64,000 nucleotides of DNA from an uncultured Clostridia bacterium. GTDB lineage: Bacteria > Bacillota > Clostridia > TANB77 > CAG-465. Position 1 is the first letter of the stretch. The number at the start of each line of letters is the position of its first letter. Shown piece after piece: positions 20,576 to 30,913 of this stretch. The stretch spans positions 65,604-129,603 of the forward strand of contig CAKPOO010000004.1 of the NCBI GenBank assembly GCA_934169925.1, given 5' to 3'. The translations under genes and the position numbers were made by a program. The notes below the pieces were generated by a model. It was not told the origin of the DNA. It did not search any database and saw only the letters and a list, made by a program, of their open reading frames with translations.

Positions 20576-21196
20576 TTAAGCGTACACCTCCTCTAATTTT
20601 TTAACTGAATCTAAGTCCATTACTAAACTATCATATTTTAATAAATCATATACATTAATTGTGTTAACTAATGTAGTTTTTACATTTTCAATATTTCTAG
20701 CTGAAGCTTGAACATTTAAATTCTTTTCGTTTAACATTATTAAAGCTTTGTTAACTTTTAAGTTATTTAATACATTAACCATAGCTTTTGTTTTAATTTC
20801 ATTTAATTCAATTTTATCAACAATTACTAATGAACCTTCTTGAACTTTAGAAGTTAATACAGATTTTATAGCAAGTTGTCTCATTTTTTTAGGAATTGCA
20901 TATTTGTATGATCTTGGTTTTGGTCCAAGTGCAATACCACCTTTTATCCATTGTGGAGCTCTTATACTACCTTGTCTAGCTCTACCAGTTCCTTTTTGTT
21001 TCCATGGTTTTCTACCACCACCACGAACTTCTGCTCTAGTCTTTGTAGATTGAGTTCCTTGTCTTTGATTAGCTAAGTAATTAACTAAAGCTGCATGAAC
21101 TGCAACATCATTTACTTCAACAGCAAATACGTTTTCATTTAATTCTACTTCGCTAACTTTTTTACCTTCGATATTTAAAACGTCTACTTTAAGCAT
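20576..21196 (-). CDS. rplD: 50S ribosomal protein L4
   Basis: Sequence and order. Confidence 0.95.
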   Translation of the reverse strand: MLKVDVLNIEGKKVSEVELNENVFAVEVNDVAVHAALVNYLANQRQGTQSTKTRAEVRGGGRKPWKQKGTGRARQGSIRAPQWIKGGIALGPKPRSYKYAIPKKMRQLAIKSVLTSKVQEGSLVIVDKIELNEIKTKAMVNVLNNLKVNKALIMLNEKNLNVQASARNIENVKTTLVNTINVYDLLKYDSLVMDLDSVKKLEEVYA

Positions 21197-21214
21197 CTCA
21201 AATCCTCCTTCCTA

Positions 21215-21835
21215 CTACACTTTTCTTACTTTTACAATTGAGTTTTTAGCACCAGGTATAGAACCTTTAACTAAAACAACATTTTTATCACTGTCAACTT
21301 TAACAACTGTTAAATTTTTGATAGTTGAAACTACACTTCCCATGTGACCTGGTAATTTTTTACCTTTAAATACTCTACCTGGAGTAGAAGTTGGTCCCAT
21401 AGAACCTGGTCTTCTATGATACATAGAACCATGAGCCATAGGTCCTCTGTGTTGTCCATGTCTTTTAATATTACCTTGGAAACCTTTACCTTTAGAAGTA
21501 CCTTGTACATCAACTGCTGTTACATCAGCAAGATCAGCAACAGTTATTTTACTACCAATTTCAAATTCATCAACATTTTCAACTTTGATTTCTTTTAAAT
21601 ATTTTTGAACTTCAATTCCTGCTTTTGCAAAAATTCCTTTGATAGGTTTAATAACATTTTTTTCTTTTACACTACCGAAAGCTACAACGATTGCATTGTA
21701 TCCTTCTTTGTCAGCTGTTTTTTTAGCAACAACTGTTAATGGTTCAACTTCAATTGCAGTAACTGGAATAGCAATTCCATCTTCACTGAAAATTTGAGTC
21801 ATTCCGATTTTCTTACCGTAAACTTCTTTTACCAT
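21215..21835 (-). CDS. rplC: 50S ribosomal protein L3
   Basis: Sequence and order. Confidence 0.96.
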   Translation of the reverse strand: MVKEVYGKKIGMTQIFSEDGIAIPVTAIEVEPLTVVAKKTADKEGYNAIVVAFGSVKEKNVIKPIKGIFAKAGIEVQKYLKEIKVENVDEFEIGSKITVADLADVTAVDVQGTSKGKGFQGNIKRHGQHRGPMAHGSMYHRRPGSMGPTSTPGRVFKGKKLPGHMGSVVSTIKNLTVVKVDSDKNVVLVKGSIPGAKNSIVKVRKV

Positions 21836-21956
21836 TTTTTATTTCCTCCCTTTAATTTAACAACATATTAAACATAAATTAATATTACGATTTTTCAACA
21901 TAGGGTATGCCATTGCCAATTTTTGGATAGCTATTGAGAAATCTTGTAGTTTAATA

Positions 21957-22274
21957 TTATAATTTTACTTCGATATCTACACCAGCAGGCATATCAATTG
22001 ACATTAATGCATCAACTGTAGCTTGATTTGGATTTAAAACATCGATAACTCTTTTGTGAGTTCTCATTTCAAATTGTTCTCTTGAATCTTTGTGTTTGTG
22101 TGGAGAACGTAATATTGTAACGATTTCTTTTCTAGTTGGTAGTGGAATAGGTCCTGAAACTTCTGAACCAGTTTTCTTAGCTACTTCAACTATTTTAGAT
22201 GCTGCTTGTTCAAGCACTACATGATCATAAGCTTTAAGTCTTATTCTCATTTTTTTAGTTTGTTCTTTTGCCAT
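21957..22274 (-). CDS. rpsJ: 30S ribosomal protein S10
   Basis: Sequence. First gene of the S10 operon. Confidence 0.96.
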   Translation of the reverse strand: MAKEQTKKMRIRLKAYDHVVLEQAASKIVEVAKKTGSEVSGPIPLPTRKEIVTILRSPHKHKDSREQFEMRTHKRVIDVLNPNQATVDALMSIDMPAGVDIEVKL

Positions 22275-22536
22275 ATGTAAAACACTCCTTTTCTAAAAAT
22301 TTTAGGCCAACAAGTTTTACACTACCCCGTGTGTTTCTTTTTTGTATATTTTAAAACCAAATTGATTTTACCTTTTAAAATTCAAAGTTAAAACAAATTT
22401 GGCAAATACAAATATATACTTGCCGCCTGATTTAAAATCAGACATACTCCATGAGAGTTCCCTACTTCTTAGAGTAGCCACATCTCATTTCAACGCAGAT
22501 CAAATTAATTATAACTTATTATTGTAAAAAAATCAA
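22275..22536 (-). promoter_or_regulatory. S10-operon promoter and a ~225-nt structured 5' leader
   Basis: On the minus strand: TTGATT (22531-22536), 17 nt, TATAAT (22508-22513). The leader holds several hairpins (CTGATTTAAAATCAG; GAGA...CTACTtcttagAGTAG...TCTC) and is GC-richer than typical intergenic DNA here. Confidence 0.6.
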
Positions 22537-22604
22537 GTAATTTTTACAAAAAAATTGATTTTTTAGCACTTTTTAAAATATATTACAAATTTATTACAAA
22601 AAAC

Positions 22605-22632
22605 TTGATTATCAAATTATCTTTGATATAAT
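22605..22632 (+). promoter_or_regulatory. Sigma-A promoter for the gmk-like gene
   Basis: TTGATT, 16 nt, TATAAT. Confidence 0.5.
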
Positions 22633-22686
22633 TACAAAAAATAATAATGTTAATAACATATTACTATTATGTTTGGAGGTATTTAT

Positions 22687-23274
22687 ATGAAAAAAATGTT
22701 TATGATACTTGGAAGATCTAGTTCCGGTAAAGATAGTATATATTCAAAATTACTAAAATATACAGATTTATCTTTCCTTATACCTTACACACCTTATACC
22801 ACAAGACCAATGAGAAAAGATGAAATCAATGGAAAAAATTATAAATTTATTTCTGAAGCTGATTTTTACACATTAAAAGATGCTGGTAAAGTTTTAGAAT
22901 ATCGGACTTATGAAACTAATAAAGGAATTTGGATTTATGCAACAATCGATGATGAACAATTAAAAAATGGTGATTATTTCTTAGCAATAGGAACTTTAGA
23001 ATCCTATATTTCCTTAAAAAAATCAAATAAGTTTGAAATTATTCCAATCTATCTTAATGTAGATGAATACGATTTACTTATTCGTTATATTGAAAGAGAA
23101 CACAAAGAAAAAAATCCTAATTATAATGAGGTTTGTCGTAGATTTATTGCAGATAGTAAAGATTTTTCTGAAGAAAAGTTAAATAAAGCTGGTATAACCA
23201 AAGTTTTTAACAACAATAATTTACAATATTGCACTGAAGAAATAAAAAATTACATTTTATCTTTTTTAAATTAA
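22687..23274 (+). CDS. Guanylate-kinase-family protein (Gmk-like paralog)
   Basis: P-loop GRSSSGKDS and the GMPK-like TTRPMRKDEINGKNYKFIS motif. RBS GGAGGT precedes ATG 22687. Confidence 0.65.
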   Translation: MKKMFMILGRSSSGKDSIYSKLLKYTDLSFLIPYTPYTTRPMRKDEINGKNYKFISEADFYTLKDAGKVLEYRTYETNKGIWIYATIDDEQLKNGDYFLAIGTLESYISLKKSNKFEIIPIYLNVDEYDLLIRYIEREHKEKNPNYNEVCRRFIADSKDFSEEKLNKAGITKVFNNNNLQYCTEEIKNYILSFLN

Positions 23275-23432
23275 TTTATTTTGAATCCTTATTTTTTAAG
23301 GATTCTTTTTTTATTTTTCTTATAAAAAAACATAAAATTCATATAAATTTATTTTTTTATGTTGCTTTTTATTTTTTTTTATGTTAAAATGTGTAGGTAA
23401 TTATTAAACGCTATTATGAGGAGGTGCATTTA

Positions 23433-23687
23433 ATGCCAAATATTAAATCAGCAAAAAAAAGAGTTAAAGTTATCGAAACTAAAACTTTACAAAATAGAGC
23501 TACAAAAAAAGCTTACAAAGAAGCTGTAAAAGCTTTTGAAGCTGCTGTAAAAGAAAACAGTGAAAACAAAGTTGAATTATACAAAGAAGCTGTAAGTTTA
23601 GTAGATAAAGCTTGGTCTAAAGGTGTTCTTGCAAAAAACACTGCTGCAAGAAAAAAAGCACATTTAGCAAAAGAATTAAATAAGTAA
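23433..23687 (+). CDS. rpsT: 30S ribosomal protein S20
   Basis: [10 protein letters not shown]...; RBS GAGGAGG; terminator follows. Confidence 0.95.
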   Translation: MPNIKSAKKRVKVIETKTLQNRATKKAYKEAVKAFEAAVKENSENKVELYKEAVSLVDKAWSKGVLAKNTAARKKAHLAKELNK

Positions 23688-23697
23688 TTTCATAAAA

Positions 23698-23731
23698 AAC
23701 AGGAATATATGTAGATATTCCTGTTTTTTTA
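23698..23731. terminator. Bidirectional terminator between rpsT and yabG
   Basis: AACAGGAATAT...ATATTCCTGTT plus a T-run. Confidence 0.7.
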
Positions 23732-24616
23732 ATTTATACCAGGCATACCAACTCTAAACTGCCCTCTTGTTTGAATTCCACCTATTCCACTAATTCCTTC
23801 TCTTGTATTTGAAATTATGTTTGCAAGGGGAACAAACTCATCAACAGGCGTATACGCTATTGTTTGTGCTACTATTAAAGGATCCATCATATCGATCAAA
23901 ACTCTTTTTGGTGCACTTGCAAAATTTGCACCAGCTGAAATAATTGCTTCATAATAACTTTGACAAGCTCCTGCAAATATAACCAAATTATCTAAATTAT
24001 GTTCATACCTTCTTGCTTCTAATACTCCTTGTATGTAATATCTTGAATTTTTATAACTATCAATACTATACATATCATTTTTTCTTCTATGAAAAGCATC
24101 ATGTCCTGTCAAAATCAAAATGTTAGGCCTAATTCTTTGTAGTAAAGAATAGACCTGCTTATATTGTTCTGATTCTGGTATGTTATATATGTATGCTGTA
24201 ATTCCCATTTTTTTATAACTTTCTTTACACCTTTGGGAATATTCCTGATCTCCATCTATATGTAATACTATTCCTGGTTTTTTTAACATTTTTTCTCTTT
24301 GATAAATGTTAGGATTATCATTATAATTTGAATAATTTGAGTTATAATTATATCCTCTATTTCTTCTTAAGTTATTCATATTATTGTAGCATCTACTAAG
24401 TCTAGTTGATCTCATTTTTTCTATATTATGCATTCTAGACGCTATTTCTGTTGAATCAATATGTTTTAAATCATAATCAGGTGCATCTGCTACAATTCTT
24501 ACACTCATACCAACCAAATCACAAATTCCATTACTTCTCACATTTACTATTTTAAACAATATATCATAATTATATGATTTTCTTGCTACTATATCACCTA
24601 TTTTAAACATTTCCAT
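23729..24616 (-). CDS. yabG: Sporulation-specific protease YabG (peptidase U57)
   Basis: Collinear with B. subtilis YabG: IGDIVARKSY..., HIDGDQEY, ILTGHDAF, LVIFAGACQSYYEAIISAGANFAS, GIQTRGQFRVGMP. Confidence 0.85.
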   Translation of the reverse strand: MEMFKIGDIVARKSYNYDILFKIVNVRSNGICDLVGMSVRIVADAPDYDLKHIDSTEIASRMHNIEKMRSTRLSRCYNNMNNLRRNRGYNYNSNYSNYNDNPNIYQREKMLKKPGIVLHIDGDQEYSQRCKESYKKMGITAYIYNIPESEQYKQVYSLLQRIRPNILILTGHDAFHRRKNDMYSIDSYKNSRYYIQGVLEARRYEHNLDNLVIFAGACQSYYEAIISAGANFASAPKRVLIDMMDPLIVAQTIAYTPVDEFVPLANIISNTREGISGIGGIQTRGQFRVGMPGIN

Positions 24617-24753
24617 TAATAAACACCTCACTATAATATTTTATGAAAAAAATACTGTGAAGTTCTATCATCTTTGCTATTTTTTAAATATTACGTTTGA
24701 CTTTAACATATATATATAATATAATTACACTGTTATTTATATAAGGGGGTTTT

Positions 24754-25593
24754 ATGAATTATTTTATTAACTTCTTAAAAGGCGCTGCCGTTGGAATTGC
24801 AAATATTATACCAGGAGTAAGTGGTGGAACTTTAGCAGTTATCACAGGTATTTACAATAAATTAATTGATATAATTGGTAACTTCTTATCACACTTAAAA
24901 AGTTGGACAAAATTAAAAGAAGATTTTAAATTTTTAATACCAATTGGTCTTGGCGCTGTTATAGGAATTGTACTATTTAGTAAAGTTTTAAAATGGTTAC
25001 TTGCAACTTTTAACATGCCTACTCTGTTTTGCTTTATGGGATTAATTATAGGAAGTTTACCTTTACTATTTAATCAAGCAAAAGAAAAAGGATTTAAAAT
25101 TAAGTATTTAATTCCTTTTGCAATTACTTTAGTACTAATGATCATACTTAATATTATAGGTGCAAACGTTACTGAGGGTTCTGGAATAGAAACTTTTGAT
25201 AAAACACCAATAAATATGATTTTACTTGTATTTTATGGATTTATTGCAGCAGGAACTATGGTTATACCTGGAATTAGTGGATCAATGGTTATGATGATAA
25301 TGGGAATTTATACAGCTATACTTACTGCTGTTTCTACACTTGATATTATAATATTATTACCATTTGCCTTTGGAGTACTAATCGGCGTAATTGTAGTATC
25401 AAAATTAATGGATATTTTACTTGAAAAATTCTATAGCTACACTTATTTTGCTATTCTTGGATTTATTATTGGTTCAATAATATTTATATTTCCAGGATTT
25501 GCATTTAACCTAACTGGTCTTGTAAGTGTTATAGTATTTATAATTGGTTTTGTAGCTTCATATTTTGTAAGTAAACTAGTTAAAAATGATTAA
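24754..25593 (+). CDS. DUF368-family membrane protein (polyprenyl-phosphate transporter-like)
   Basis: Two PG(V/I)S(G)(G/S) repeats (PGVSGGTLA and PGISGSMVM); polytopic. Confidence 0.7.
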   Translation: MNYFINFLKGAAVGIANIIPGVSGGTLAVITGIYNKLIDIIGNFLSHLKSWTKLKEDFKFLIPIGLGAVIGIVLFSKVLKWLLATFNMPTLFCFMGLIIGSLPLLFNQAKEKGFKIKYLIPFAITLVLMIILNIIGANVTEGSGIETFDKTPINMILLVFYGFIAAGTMVIPGISGSMVMMIMGIYTAILTAVSTLDIIILLPFAFGVLIGVIVVSKLMDILLEKFYSYTYFAILGFIIGSIIFIFPGFAFNLTGLVSVIVFIIGFVASYFVSKLVKND

Positions 25594-25657
25594 AATAAAC
25601 TAAAAACAAAAAAGAATCTAAATTTGAATTTCAAACTTAGATTCTTTTTATTATTTA

Positions 25658-25921
25658 TTACTTAACTGTAAATGGTAATAAAGCAATTGTTCTTGCTCTT
25701 TTAATTGCTACAGTTACAGCTCTTTGGTGTTTTGCACAAGTTCCTGTAACTCTTCTTGGTAATATTTTACCTTTATCACTTACGTATTTTTTTAATTTTT
25801 CTACGTCTTTGTAGTCAATTTCTTCAACTCTATCTACGCAAAAATTACAAACTTTTTTTCTTGGTCTTCTAAAGTTTTTATCACCTTTAGAATTTCTTTT
25901 TGCATTTCTATTGTCTGCCAT
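25658..25921 (-). CDS. rpsR: 30S ribosomal protein S18
   Basis: Sequence. Part of the rpsF-ssb-rpsR operon. Confidence 0.96.
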   Translation of the reverse strand: MADNRNAKRNSKGDKNFRRPRKKVCNFCVDRVEEIDYKDVEKLKKYVSDKGKILPRRVTGTCAKHQRAVTVAIKRARTIALLPFTVK

Positions 25922-25941
25922 TGGTTTACCCTCCTTTTTTA

Positions 25942-26355
25942 TTAGAATGGTAATTCGTCAGTATCATCTATAGTGATGAATTCTCCATCTAAGCTTCCTG
26001 ATGGAGCTACATCTGATGCCATACCATCATTTTCTCTTCTTGAATCAGCAAAGTATGCATTTTCAACAATAAAATCTGTTGCATATCTTTTTTGACCGTT
26101 TTGATCATCCCAACTTCTATTTTGAATTCTACCTTCTACTAAAACTTGTTGTCCTTTTCTATAATATTTAGAACAAAATTCTGCTAATTTTCCAAAAGCA
26201 GTCAAATTAAAGAAATCAGTTTTTCTTTCTCCATTTTGATCTGCAAATCTTCTGTTTACAGCAAGTGAAAAATTGCAAACTTGTGTATTAGAGTTAGGTA
26301 TAACTCTAGTCTCTGGATCTCTTGTTAATCTCCCCATAAATTGAAATTTATTCAT
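25942..26355 (-). CDS. ssb: Single-stranded DNA-binding protein
   Basis: OB-fold sequence and an acidic C-terminal tail DDTDELPF. Confidence 0.95.
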   Translation of the reverse strand: MNKFQFMGRLTRDPETRVIPNSNTQVCNFSLAVNRRFADQNGERKTDFFNLTAFGKLAEFCSKYYRKGQQVLVEGRIQNRSWDDQNGQKRYATDFIVENAYFADSRRENDGMASDVAPSGSLDGEFITIDDTDELPF

Positions 26356-26406
26356 ATAAAAATCCCCCTTCGAGCATCAGCAAGGATGTACTCTTTTATT
26401 TTTTAA

Positions 26407-26691
26407 TTAATCTTCTTTTTTTATAACCATGTGTTTTAAAACAACATCTTCTATTCTTAAAACTCTTTCAAACTCAGCAATAAATTCTGGCTTAGCTACA
26501 AATGTTAAAAGTGTGTATACACCTTCTGTTTGTTTTTTAATAGGATAAGCTAATGTTTTTTTACCCCATTCTTCAACATTTGTAAGTTCGCCATTTGAAG
26601 ATATTAATGCTTTCATTTTTTCTCCAAATGCTACAGTTTCCTCTTCTGCTGCAGTTGCTGAAAGTATTATAACTGCTTCATAATTGTTCAT
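26407..26691 (-). CDS. rpsF: 30S ribosomal protein S6
   Basis: Sequence and order. Confidence 0.95.
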   Translation of the reverse strand: MNNYEAVIILSATAAEEETVAFGEKMKALISSNGELTNVEEWGKKTLAYPIKKQTEGVYTLLTFVAKPEFIAEFERVLRIEDVVLKHMVIKKED

Positions 26692-26833
26692 GACTTACAC
26701 CTCCTTTTGGTCGTCTGACTCTATAATCATATAGAGTAAGGAAATTAACTTTTGATATTATAACATACTTTTTATTATTTATCAACTACATATTTTCTTT
26801 TTTTTAACTAAAAATATATAATATATGTATTAT

Positions 26834-26861
26834 TGACTTTGTAACTCTTTAATTATATAAT
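26834..26861 (+). promoter_or_regulatory. Sigma-A promoter for mecA
   Basis: TTGACT, 16 nt, TATAAT. Confidence 0.5.
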
Positions 26862-26898
26862 ACATATAATTATAATAACACATTTAGGAGGGTACCTA

Positions 26899-27504
26899 AT
26901 GAAAGTTGAAAAAATTAATGATAACAAAATAAAAATTACATTATCTTTGGAAGAACTAGAAAAAAGAAAAATATCATTAACAGATTTAGAACATGATTCT
27001 TCCCTAGCTAAAAATTTATTTTTAAGTTTAATTGAAGAATCAGACTTAGAAGATGAATTTAAACTAGAAAATTCTCAATTATTTATAGAAGCATTTTCTG
27101 ATAACAATAATACTTTTGTAATCACAATTACAAAAATAGATGCAATACCAGAATTATTAAAATATAATAACGAAAATATGCCTATAAAAAATAAAGTTAG
27201 CACATATAAAGTCGAAAGTAACATTTTTGAATTTGAAAACTTAGATAAAATTCTTAGTATGTGTGCAGCTTCAAAAAATGAAAATTTATTTTTTGGAAGA
27301 AATAGTTTATATAAATTAAATGATAGATATTTTATCATTTTTAAAAAATCAAGTGTAAAAAATAAAAAATTTATAAAAACATTCATTTTCTTATCTGAAT
27401 ATTGCACATCATATTATAACGATGAAATATTTGAAGCTTCTCTTATTGAAAAATCAACTAATATCATAAAGAGTACAGCTCTTCAAAAATTATCTAATTT
27501 CTAA
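26899..27504 (+). CDS. mecA: Adaptor protein MecA
   Basis: N-terminus MKVEKINDNKIKITLS and a C-terminal region parallel to B. subtilis MecA. Confidence 0.65.
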   Translation: MKVEKINDNKIKITLSLEELEKRKISLTDLEHDSSLAKNLFLSLIEESDLEDEFKLENSQLFIEAFSDNNNTFVITITKIDAIPELLKYNNENMPIKNKVSTYKVESNIFEFENLDKILSMCAASKNENLFFGRNSLYKLNDRYFIIFKKSSVKNKKFIKTFIFLSEYCTSYYNDEIFEASLIEKSTNIIKSTALQKLSNF

Positions 27505-27525
27505 AAGCAACTCTAGTTGCTTTTT

Positions 27526-27954
27526 TTATACCTTAGAATAACTAAATTTTTCAATTTTCATATCAATATATTTGTAATTTTTAGAAAAAGTATTATTAAA
27601 AAAATTCAAACTATTTACTTTACATTTATACATTATTTCAAAATTAATTTTTTTACCATAATCTTGTTTTATACTAGGCACGTTTATAACTATATTATTA
27701 ATATCAAACCCACTATCACTTAATTCATTTAATAATTTTTCCCTTTCAGAATTATTTAAATAACCATATTTTTCTGTAATAAACAAATATTTTGATGAAA
27801 TTGTATTTAATTTTTCATACCATATCAAAGGTTCAATTACACTATACATTTGTATAAATATAGCTATTATAAATAACATACTACTAACTACGATTAGTGG
27901 ATATACTGCAACATTGCCTCTTTTTTTATTATTTAATTTTAACTTTAAATTCAT
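27526..27954 (-). CDS. TadE-like minor pseudopilin (putative)
   Basis: N-terminal KKRGNVAVYPLIVVSSMLFI hydrophobic segment; last gene of the pilus-like operon. Confidence 0.35.
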   Translation of the reverse strand: MNLKLKLNNKKRGNVAVYPLIVVSSMLFIIAIFIQMYSVIEPLIWYEKLNTISSKYLFITEKYGYLNNSEREKLLNELSDSGFDINNIVINVPSIKQDYGKKINFEIMYKCKVNSLNFFNNTFSKNYKYIDMKIEKFSYSKV

Positions 27955-27955
27955 A

Positions 27956-28375
27956 TTATTTCACATCCAACATTTTTAATTTTACTTCATAATTAAACCC
28001 TACTTTACATTTATTATTAAGACTAAAAATCATAGGAACTATTTCTACTTCTATTTTTCCATATACAACATTTTTTAATTTATCATATTTTATACTAACA
28101 AGTTTTGCATTTTTATAATTTTCAATTAATATTTTATCAACCTTTTCCTTCATTAAATTCTCATCTATAACATAATCAAAATTTGAAAGAGAATTTTCAT
28201 TACAAGAAATAATTGCATTTTGAACTATATAAAATATATCCTCTTTTAATGGATAAACATAAGAATTTATTTGTAACTTTAAAATAACAATACCAGTAAA
28301 AATTATAAGTATAAAAACAATAAATATACTTAAGAAAAATATTTCAAAATATCCATTTCTTAATTTTCTAGCCAT
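27956..28375 (-). CDS. TadE/TadF-like minor pseudopilin (putative)
   Basis: N-terminal TM immediately after a basic stretch; position in the operon. Confidence 0.35.
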   Translation of the reverse strand: MARKLRNGYFEIFFLSIFIVFILIIFTGIVILKLQINSYVYPLKEDIFYIVQNAIISCNENSLSNFDYVIDENLMKEKVDKILIENYKNAKLVSIKYDKLKNVVYGKIEVEIVPMIFSLNNKCKVGFNYEVKLKMLDVK

Positions 28376-29952
28376 TTGTTAATTAAAACCTTTTCTATTT
28401 TATCTTCACTACTAAAGTTAGAATAAAAAGTAAAATTATTATTATATAAATAATCAGATAATTTATCTATTTTAAACTCAAGCTTATCATTTTCATATAT
28501 AAATTTCACAATATTAGGTTCTTTAATTCTATTTCCAACACTTGAAAAATCTATATTAAAAAATTCAATATTTTTATCCCTTAAAGTATTCCAATCTTCT
28601 ATGGTATTATTAAATTTTTCATTTACATTAATTTTAAAAACAAAATACTTTTCATTTTCAAAATATAATTCATACTCATTTTTAGCCAATTTATTATCAT
28701 TTATATACACCTCAAGTTTAGAAAAATCATTTATACTCTTTTTGTTAATTCTAAATAACAAATTTCTTTTTCCTTCGATTATACCTAATGAATTATTTAC
28801 TGTATTATTTGTCACAAATAAATTTTTAACATATTTTTCTCCATTGTAAACATCTAACACTCTACATTCTGAATTTTCAATCATTTTTGGAACTTCTTTT
28901 TTGGGAGTTATATGTACTTTTATATCTTTTTGAATTTCAGATTTTAATAATCCATCTACTATAAACTCTGTATATAAATAACTTACAACTTTAACATCAA
29001 TTATATCCCCGTCTACATATTCATTTCTATCTATTTTAAAAGTCTTATTTTTTGTAACTTCATCTGTTTTACTTGAAGAAATTTCATCTATTAATACACC
29101 ATCTATATATAACTTAGAATTAATTTCTTTAATATATTCTTTTTTAGCATAATCATTTAAATTAATAGCCTTAGCACCAAACGAAACATTTATTATTTTA
29201 TAATCTTCATCTTCAAGAATATCTAAATTATCATCAATATTTAGCGTAGAAATAGTGCTAGCACTAGCTGCCATTGGTTTTGTAGACATAGTAGCTACAC
29301 CATAATACCCACTTGGCGTTATTCTTCTTACTGTTACTATCCCATTTGTTTTCCAAGTTGAAGCCGTATTTAGCATCACTTTATCAAGACCTATTGAGCT
29401 TGCTGAGATATTATATTCTTTTAAATTATATGGATCTATTGTATTGTTTGCATAATCAATAGTATCAAATAGCAATTTTGTTGTTTTCATATAATCTTTT
29501 TGTTCTTGGTATTTAAATTTTGATATATCATCCCAAGATTCTAAAGCTCCTTGAACTCCTGTAAAATTCCAATTATCGGGTGTTGTTTCTGGAATTTTAT
29601 CAACAGGAAAATAAACATTATATACAAGACCTCCAGAAAAATTAAATCCTAAAATGTTATATTCACCTGTAACTCCATTATTTGAATCTTTTCCATTATT
29701 AACACTTTTAAACCTTTGATCAGAAGTATATGCATATACATCTAAAGGATTTCCATAAACAAAAACATTATATTTATAATAAAACTCTTCATTTATGCTT
29801 TTGCCTATAGCATTATATTCTGGTATACCTATTGTATCTAGACAAAATCTAAAATCATCACTTAGAGCAAAAAGATTTGATTTAAAACTCATTATAACAA
29901 TTACAAAAAACAACAAAGATAAAACTTTAAACCTCTTATTTTTCATAATCAC
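28360..29952 (-). CDS. Large secreted or membrane-anchored protein (TadG-like position), 530 aa
   Basis: Signal-like N-terminus and operon context. No catalytic motifs. Confidence 0.4.
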   Translation of the reverse strand: MIMKNKRFKVLSLLFFVIVIMSFKSNLFALSDDFRFCLDTIGIPEYNAIGKSINEEFYYKYNVFVYGNPLDVYAYTSDQRFKSVNNGKDSNNGVTGEYNILGFNFSGGLVYNVYFPVDKIPETTPDNWNFTGVQGALESWDDISKFKYQEQKDYMKTTKLLFDTIDYANNTIDPYNLKEYNISASSIGLDKVMLNTASTWKTNGIVTVRRITPSGYYGVATMSTKPMAASASTISTLNIDDNLDILEDEDYKIINVSFGAKAINLNDYAKKEYIKEINSKLYIDGVLIDEISSSKTDEVTKNKTFKIDRNEYVDGDIIDVKVVSYLYTEFIVDGLLKSEIQKDIKVHITPKKEVPKMIENSECRVLDVYNGEKYVKNLFVTNNTVNNSLGIIEGKRNLLFRINKKSINDFSKLEVYINDNKLAKNEYELYFENEKYFVFKINVNEKFNNTIEDWNTLRDKNIEFFNIDFSSVGNRIKEPNIVKFIYENDKLEFKIDKLSDYLYNNNFTFYSNFSSEDKIEKVLINKWLEN

Positions 29953-29953
29953 C

Positions 29954-30574
29954 TCAATTTACAACTATTTTTAACATATCATCTTGAACTTGAATAGTTA
30001 TTTTTACACTTTTTATCTGTATATCTTGCTTTTCATTTGTATTATCTTTCTTTATATTTTTAGCTTTTGTATATTCTTCCTTTATCAAATTTTCTAAAAA
30101 AAGTTTATCTGTTTTTTCTATATAACCAGTATTATCTTTATTTTTTAAATCTATTATTTCATATATAAAATTCATAATTTCATTAAAATATTCATCTTGT
30201 ATAATAATATTTTCTTTAGTTATTTCATAGTTTTTAAATAATTTATTCATATAAATATCAATGTGATAATCACTGCCTACTTTTTCATTAAAATCAATTT
30301 TTACATCATAAAAATTATTTTTTAGTTCTTTTTCATTTTTACCTATGTAAAACGATTGATTTTCTTCATCAAAAAAAACATACCTATCTTTAAAATTTAA
30401 TAATTTTTTTATTTCATAAACATTTACACTATTTTTTAAATCATCATTTTTCAAATTATTTTTATTATCATTTTTTATATTTCTAAAATATAAAAATATT
30501 GAAGATATCAATATAGTTAAAACAATAATTATAAACACAAAAATAAAACAGCTACTCCTTTTTATTTTTTTCAT
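29954..30574 (-). CDS. Membrane-anchored hypothetical protein
   Basis: N-terminal TM and operon context. Confidence 0.4.
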   Translation of the reverse strand: MKKIKRSSCFIFVFIIIVLTILISSIFLYFRNIKNDNKNNLKNDDLKNSVNVYEIKKLLNFKDRYVFFDEENQSFYIGKNEKELKNNFYDVKIDFNEKVGSDYHIDIYMNKLFKNYEITKENIIIQDEYFNEIMNFIYEIIDLKNKDNTGYIEKTDKLFLENLIKEEYTKAKNIKKDNTNEKQDIQIKSVKITIQVQDDMLKIVVN

Positions 30575-30905
30575 ATACTTTTTCTATCCTATCGCATATA
30601 ACCTTGTCTGTGCTATTTAAAAATCCTACATTTTCAGAATATTTTATACATTCCATAATATACTCTTTATTTAATTTATTTGTTAAAATAATAACATTAT
30701 CTTTGAATTTATATTTTTCCTTATATTTTTTTATTTCTTCTATACTATTTGTAAGTATCAAATAAATATCGTATTTAGATTTTGATGTGGATTTTAGATA
30801 TATTTTCATTTCTTTACCACTATTTTCTATATATTGTTTTAAATTATTTATAATATTTGATACATTTTCACTTTTAGTATCATAAGCTGCAAGTACATTT
30901 ATCAT
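30552..30905 (-). CDS. Pseudo-receiver (TadZ N-terminal-like) domain protein
   Basis: 117 aa with a CheY-like alpha/beta pattern and no canonical acidic pocket. Confidence 0.3.
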   Translation of the reverse strand: MINVLAAYDTKSENVSNIINNLKQYIENSGKEMKIYLKSTSKSKYDIYLILTNSIEEIKKYKEKYKFKDNVIILTNKLNKEYIMECIKYSENVGFLNSTDKVICDRIEKVYEKNKKE

Positions 30906-30913
30906 TATTTCAC

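Noticed and set aside
13137-21598. Plus-strand ORFs inside the ribosomal-protein operon (13137-13340, 13981-14253, 17621-17887, 18850-19062, 19340-19717, 19330-19515, 19824-20039, 21331-21513, 21416-21598)
   Set aside because: They lie antisense to, or frame-shifted within, highly conserved r-protein genes. They are low-complexity with no RBS: spurious.
22400-22460. Possible tRNA or tRNA fragment (anticodon-arm-like CTGATTTAAAATCAG)
   Set aside because: No acceptor, D or T arms can be built. It lies inside the rpsJ 5' leader and is better read as leader secondary structure.
27075-28849. ORFs 27075-27407 (antisense to mecA), 27517-27723 and 28601-28849
   Set aside because: Antisense to better-supported genes; AT-rich, low-complexity translations.
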